NCBI GenBank assembly: GCA_026770705.1
Contig: JANJGN010000052.1
Location: 1,116,001-1,180,000, forward strand
Direction: 5' to 3'
Length of the DNA stretch: 64,000 bases
From: Isurus oxyrinchus
Taxonomy: Eukaryota
In this document: in pieces, positions 62,369 through 64,000 of the stretch
Layout of the letters: the number at the start of each line of letters is the position of its first letter
Numbering within the stretch: position 1 is the first letter of the stretch
Translations under genes and position numbers: made by a program
Notes under the pieces: model-generated
Told to the model about the DNA's origin: nothing
The model's database searches: none
What the model saw: the letters and a program-made list of their open reading frames with translations, nothing else

Positions 62369-62650
62369 ATGCACCACAGGATCTCTCATTTACTTCGCTT
62401 GAAATGATTAATGCTTCATCGATCAATATAATTGAGGGGAATTCTGCAGTGATAATCTGCTCTGTCGAGAGCTTCCCAGCTTCTAACCTGACGTGGCGAC
62501 ATCTTAATGTCCCAATGAATAGAACAAGTTCCAACAATGAGCTGTGGTTGGTGATTCCTCACGTTACATCCAGGGACACTGGAGACTATCTGTGTGTGGC
62601 AGAGAATGAACATGGAGCAGTGGAGGGATTCATAACCATCACTGTGGAAT
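62369..62650 (+). CDS. Gene F third-type Ig exon, full copy 2
   Basis: 282 nt, intact. Confidence 0.9.
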
Positions 62651-63396
62651 GTGAGTGCACACAGACTTCAACATCACACACACAAACACAGACACACATG
62701 CAAAAACACTCATGTGTAGACACAAACATGCACGCTTACACACAAACATACGTTCAAACACATACACAGAAACACACACAAACTCAACTCACACGTACAA
62801 TCATTCATGCGCACACGTAGACACACGTATACACACACACTCACTCAAGCACAGATGTACACACAAGACCCACATACACACGCATGCCCACACATGCGCA
62901 GACAGACACGCGCATACACACAAATACAAACTCACTTGTGCAGAAATACACACACACACACAAGTGTGAGCTCCCTTTCCTCTCTCAGTGCTGCACTGGA
63001 GTCTTTGTATCAGCTCTGATTCTGTGTTGAAGGAAGGTAAACTCCAGATCAGCAAGACCCTGAATTGGATGAGCAACTTCCTGAACAGAGAATTGTAGAT
63101 TTACCCCTCAGTGCTCCATCGATCAAATACAATTCACGGGCTTTCAATCCCTTGGGGGCATCTTGAGAGTGTTAAAGGATGTTTGTTTCATTCTAGGTGG
63201 ACAGCAACTCTGCTGGTGGGAGAATGCAACTGCAGTGTGACAGTTTACATAGGAAGTGCCCATTATAAATGTGACAGTATTTTTTCCTGAGGGAAGGTAC
63301 CTGGAAATGCATTCCAACATCAGATACAGAGAGATGATGCATGGAGTCTTGCTGTGCATGCTGCTTGCTCACATTAAAATCTTTATTTGTTTTTAG

Positions 63397-63678
63397 ATGC
63401 CCCACAGAATCTCTCAATTACTTCTCTTGATATGATTAATGCTTCATCGATCAATATAATTGAGGGGAATTCTGCAGTGATAATCTGCTCTGTCGAGAGC
63501 TTCCCAGCTTCTAACCTGACGTGGCGACATCTTAATGTCCCAATGAACAGAACAAGTTCCAACAATGAGCTGTGGTTGGTGATTCCTCACGTTACATCCA
63601 GGGACACTGGAGACTATCAGTGTGTGGCAGAGAATGAACATGGAGCAGTGGAGGGGTTCATAACCATCACTGTGGAAT
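63397..63678 (+). CDS. Gene F third-type Ig exon, full copy 3; gene continues beyond the right edge
   Basis: 282 nt, intact. Confidence 0.9.
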
Positions 63679-63718
63679 GTGAGTTAACGCAAACTTCAAC
63701 ATCACTCACACGCACACA

Positions 63719-63761
<43 letters not shown>

Positions 63762-64000
63762 ACACGTGTGTAAGCACACACATGCATAATTATACACACA
63801 CAGTCATACACGTACAAACACATACACAGGAAAATACACACCCATCTCAAACACACACATATTCATGCCCACACATAGACACACACATGCACATACTCTC
63901 ACTCATGGACAGACGTAGACACACAGACACACGCGCATGCACACACACAGATACATGTGTGCATACACACACAAACACACTCACATGTGCAGTAACACAA

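Larger units (their letters stand above)
60760..64000. repeat. (CA)n-rich tracts after each Ig3 exon, within a tandem repeat of about 1 kb
   Basis: Tracts at about 60760-60975, 61720-61940, 62675-62962 and 63705-64000. Confidence 0.9.

Overview
Eukaryotic (vertebrate) genomic DNA. The repeat content (CR1-type LINEs, 33-bp satellite, Penelope-like hairpins) suggests a cartilaginous fish, but this is an inference. The window is a tandem and inverted cluster of six Siglec-type (sialic-acid-binding Ig-like lectin) gene copies, labelled here A-F. A and B are on the minus strand; C, D, E and F are on the plus strand. The shared layout is: a promoter/non-coding first exon with a PU.1/ETS-type site, a 40-nt leader exon, a V-set exon with the Siglec cysteines and the essential Arg (YFFRIE), and C2-type Ig exons. 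The cluster looks like a paired-receptor system. B and the C/D block end in an activating-type TM exon (Arg in the TM, 12-aa tail with no tyrosine). E ends in a different TM exon followed by three tandem, intact two-exon cytoplasmic-tail cassettes (YAN motif plus TEYAQI). All activating-type copies here are damaged: B has ATG>ATA, C has a stop and a broken leader, and D has lost its whole ectodomain. F has a tandemly amplified third-Ig exon, including an in-frame mini-exon. An orphan ITIM-bearing terminal exon lies between the two divergent arms. The rest is LINE, Gypsy/LTR, MITE, Penelope-like and satellite DNA, with two assembly gaps (40547-40811, 49595-49790). Exon boundaries were read by eye from splice signals and paralog comparison; repeat boundaries are approximate.
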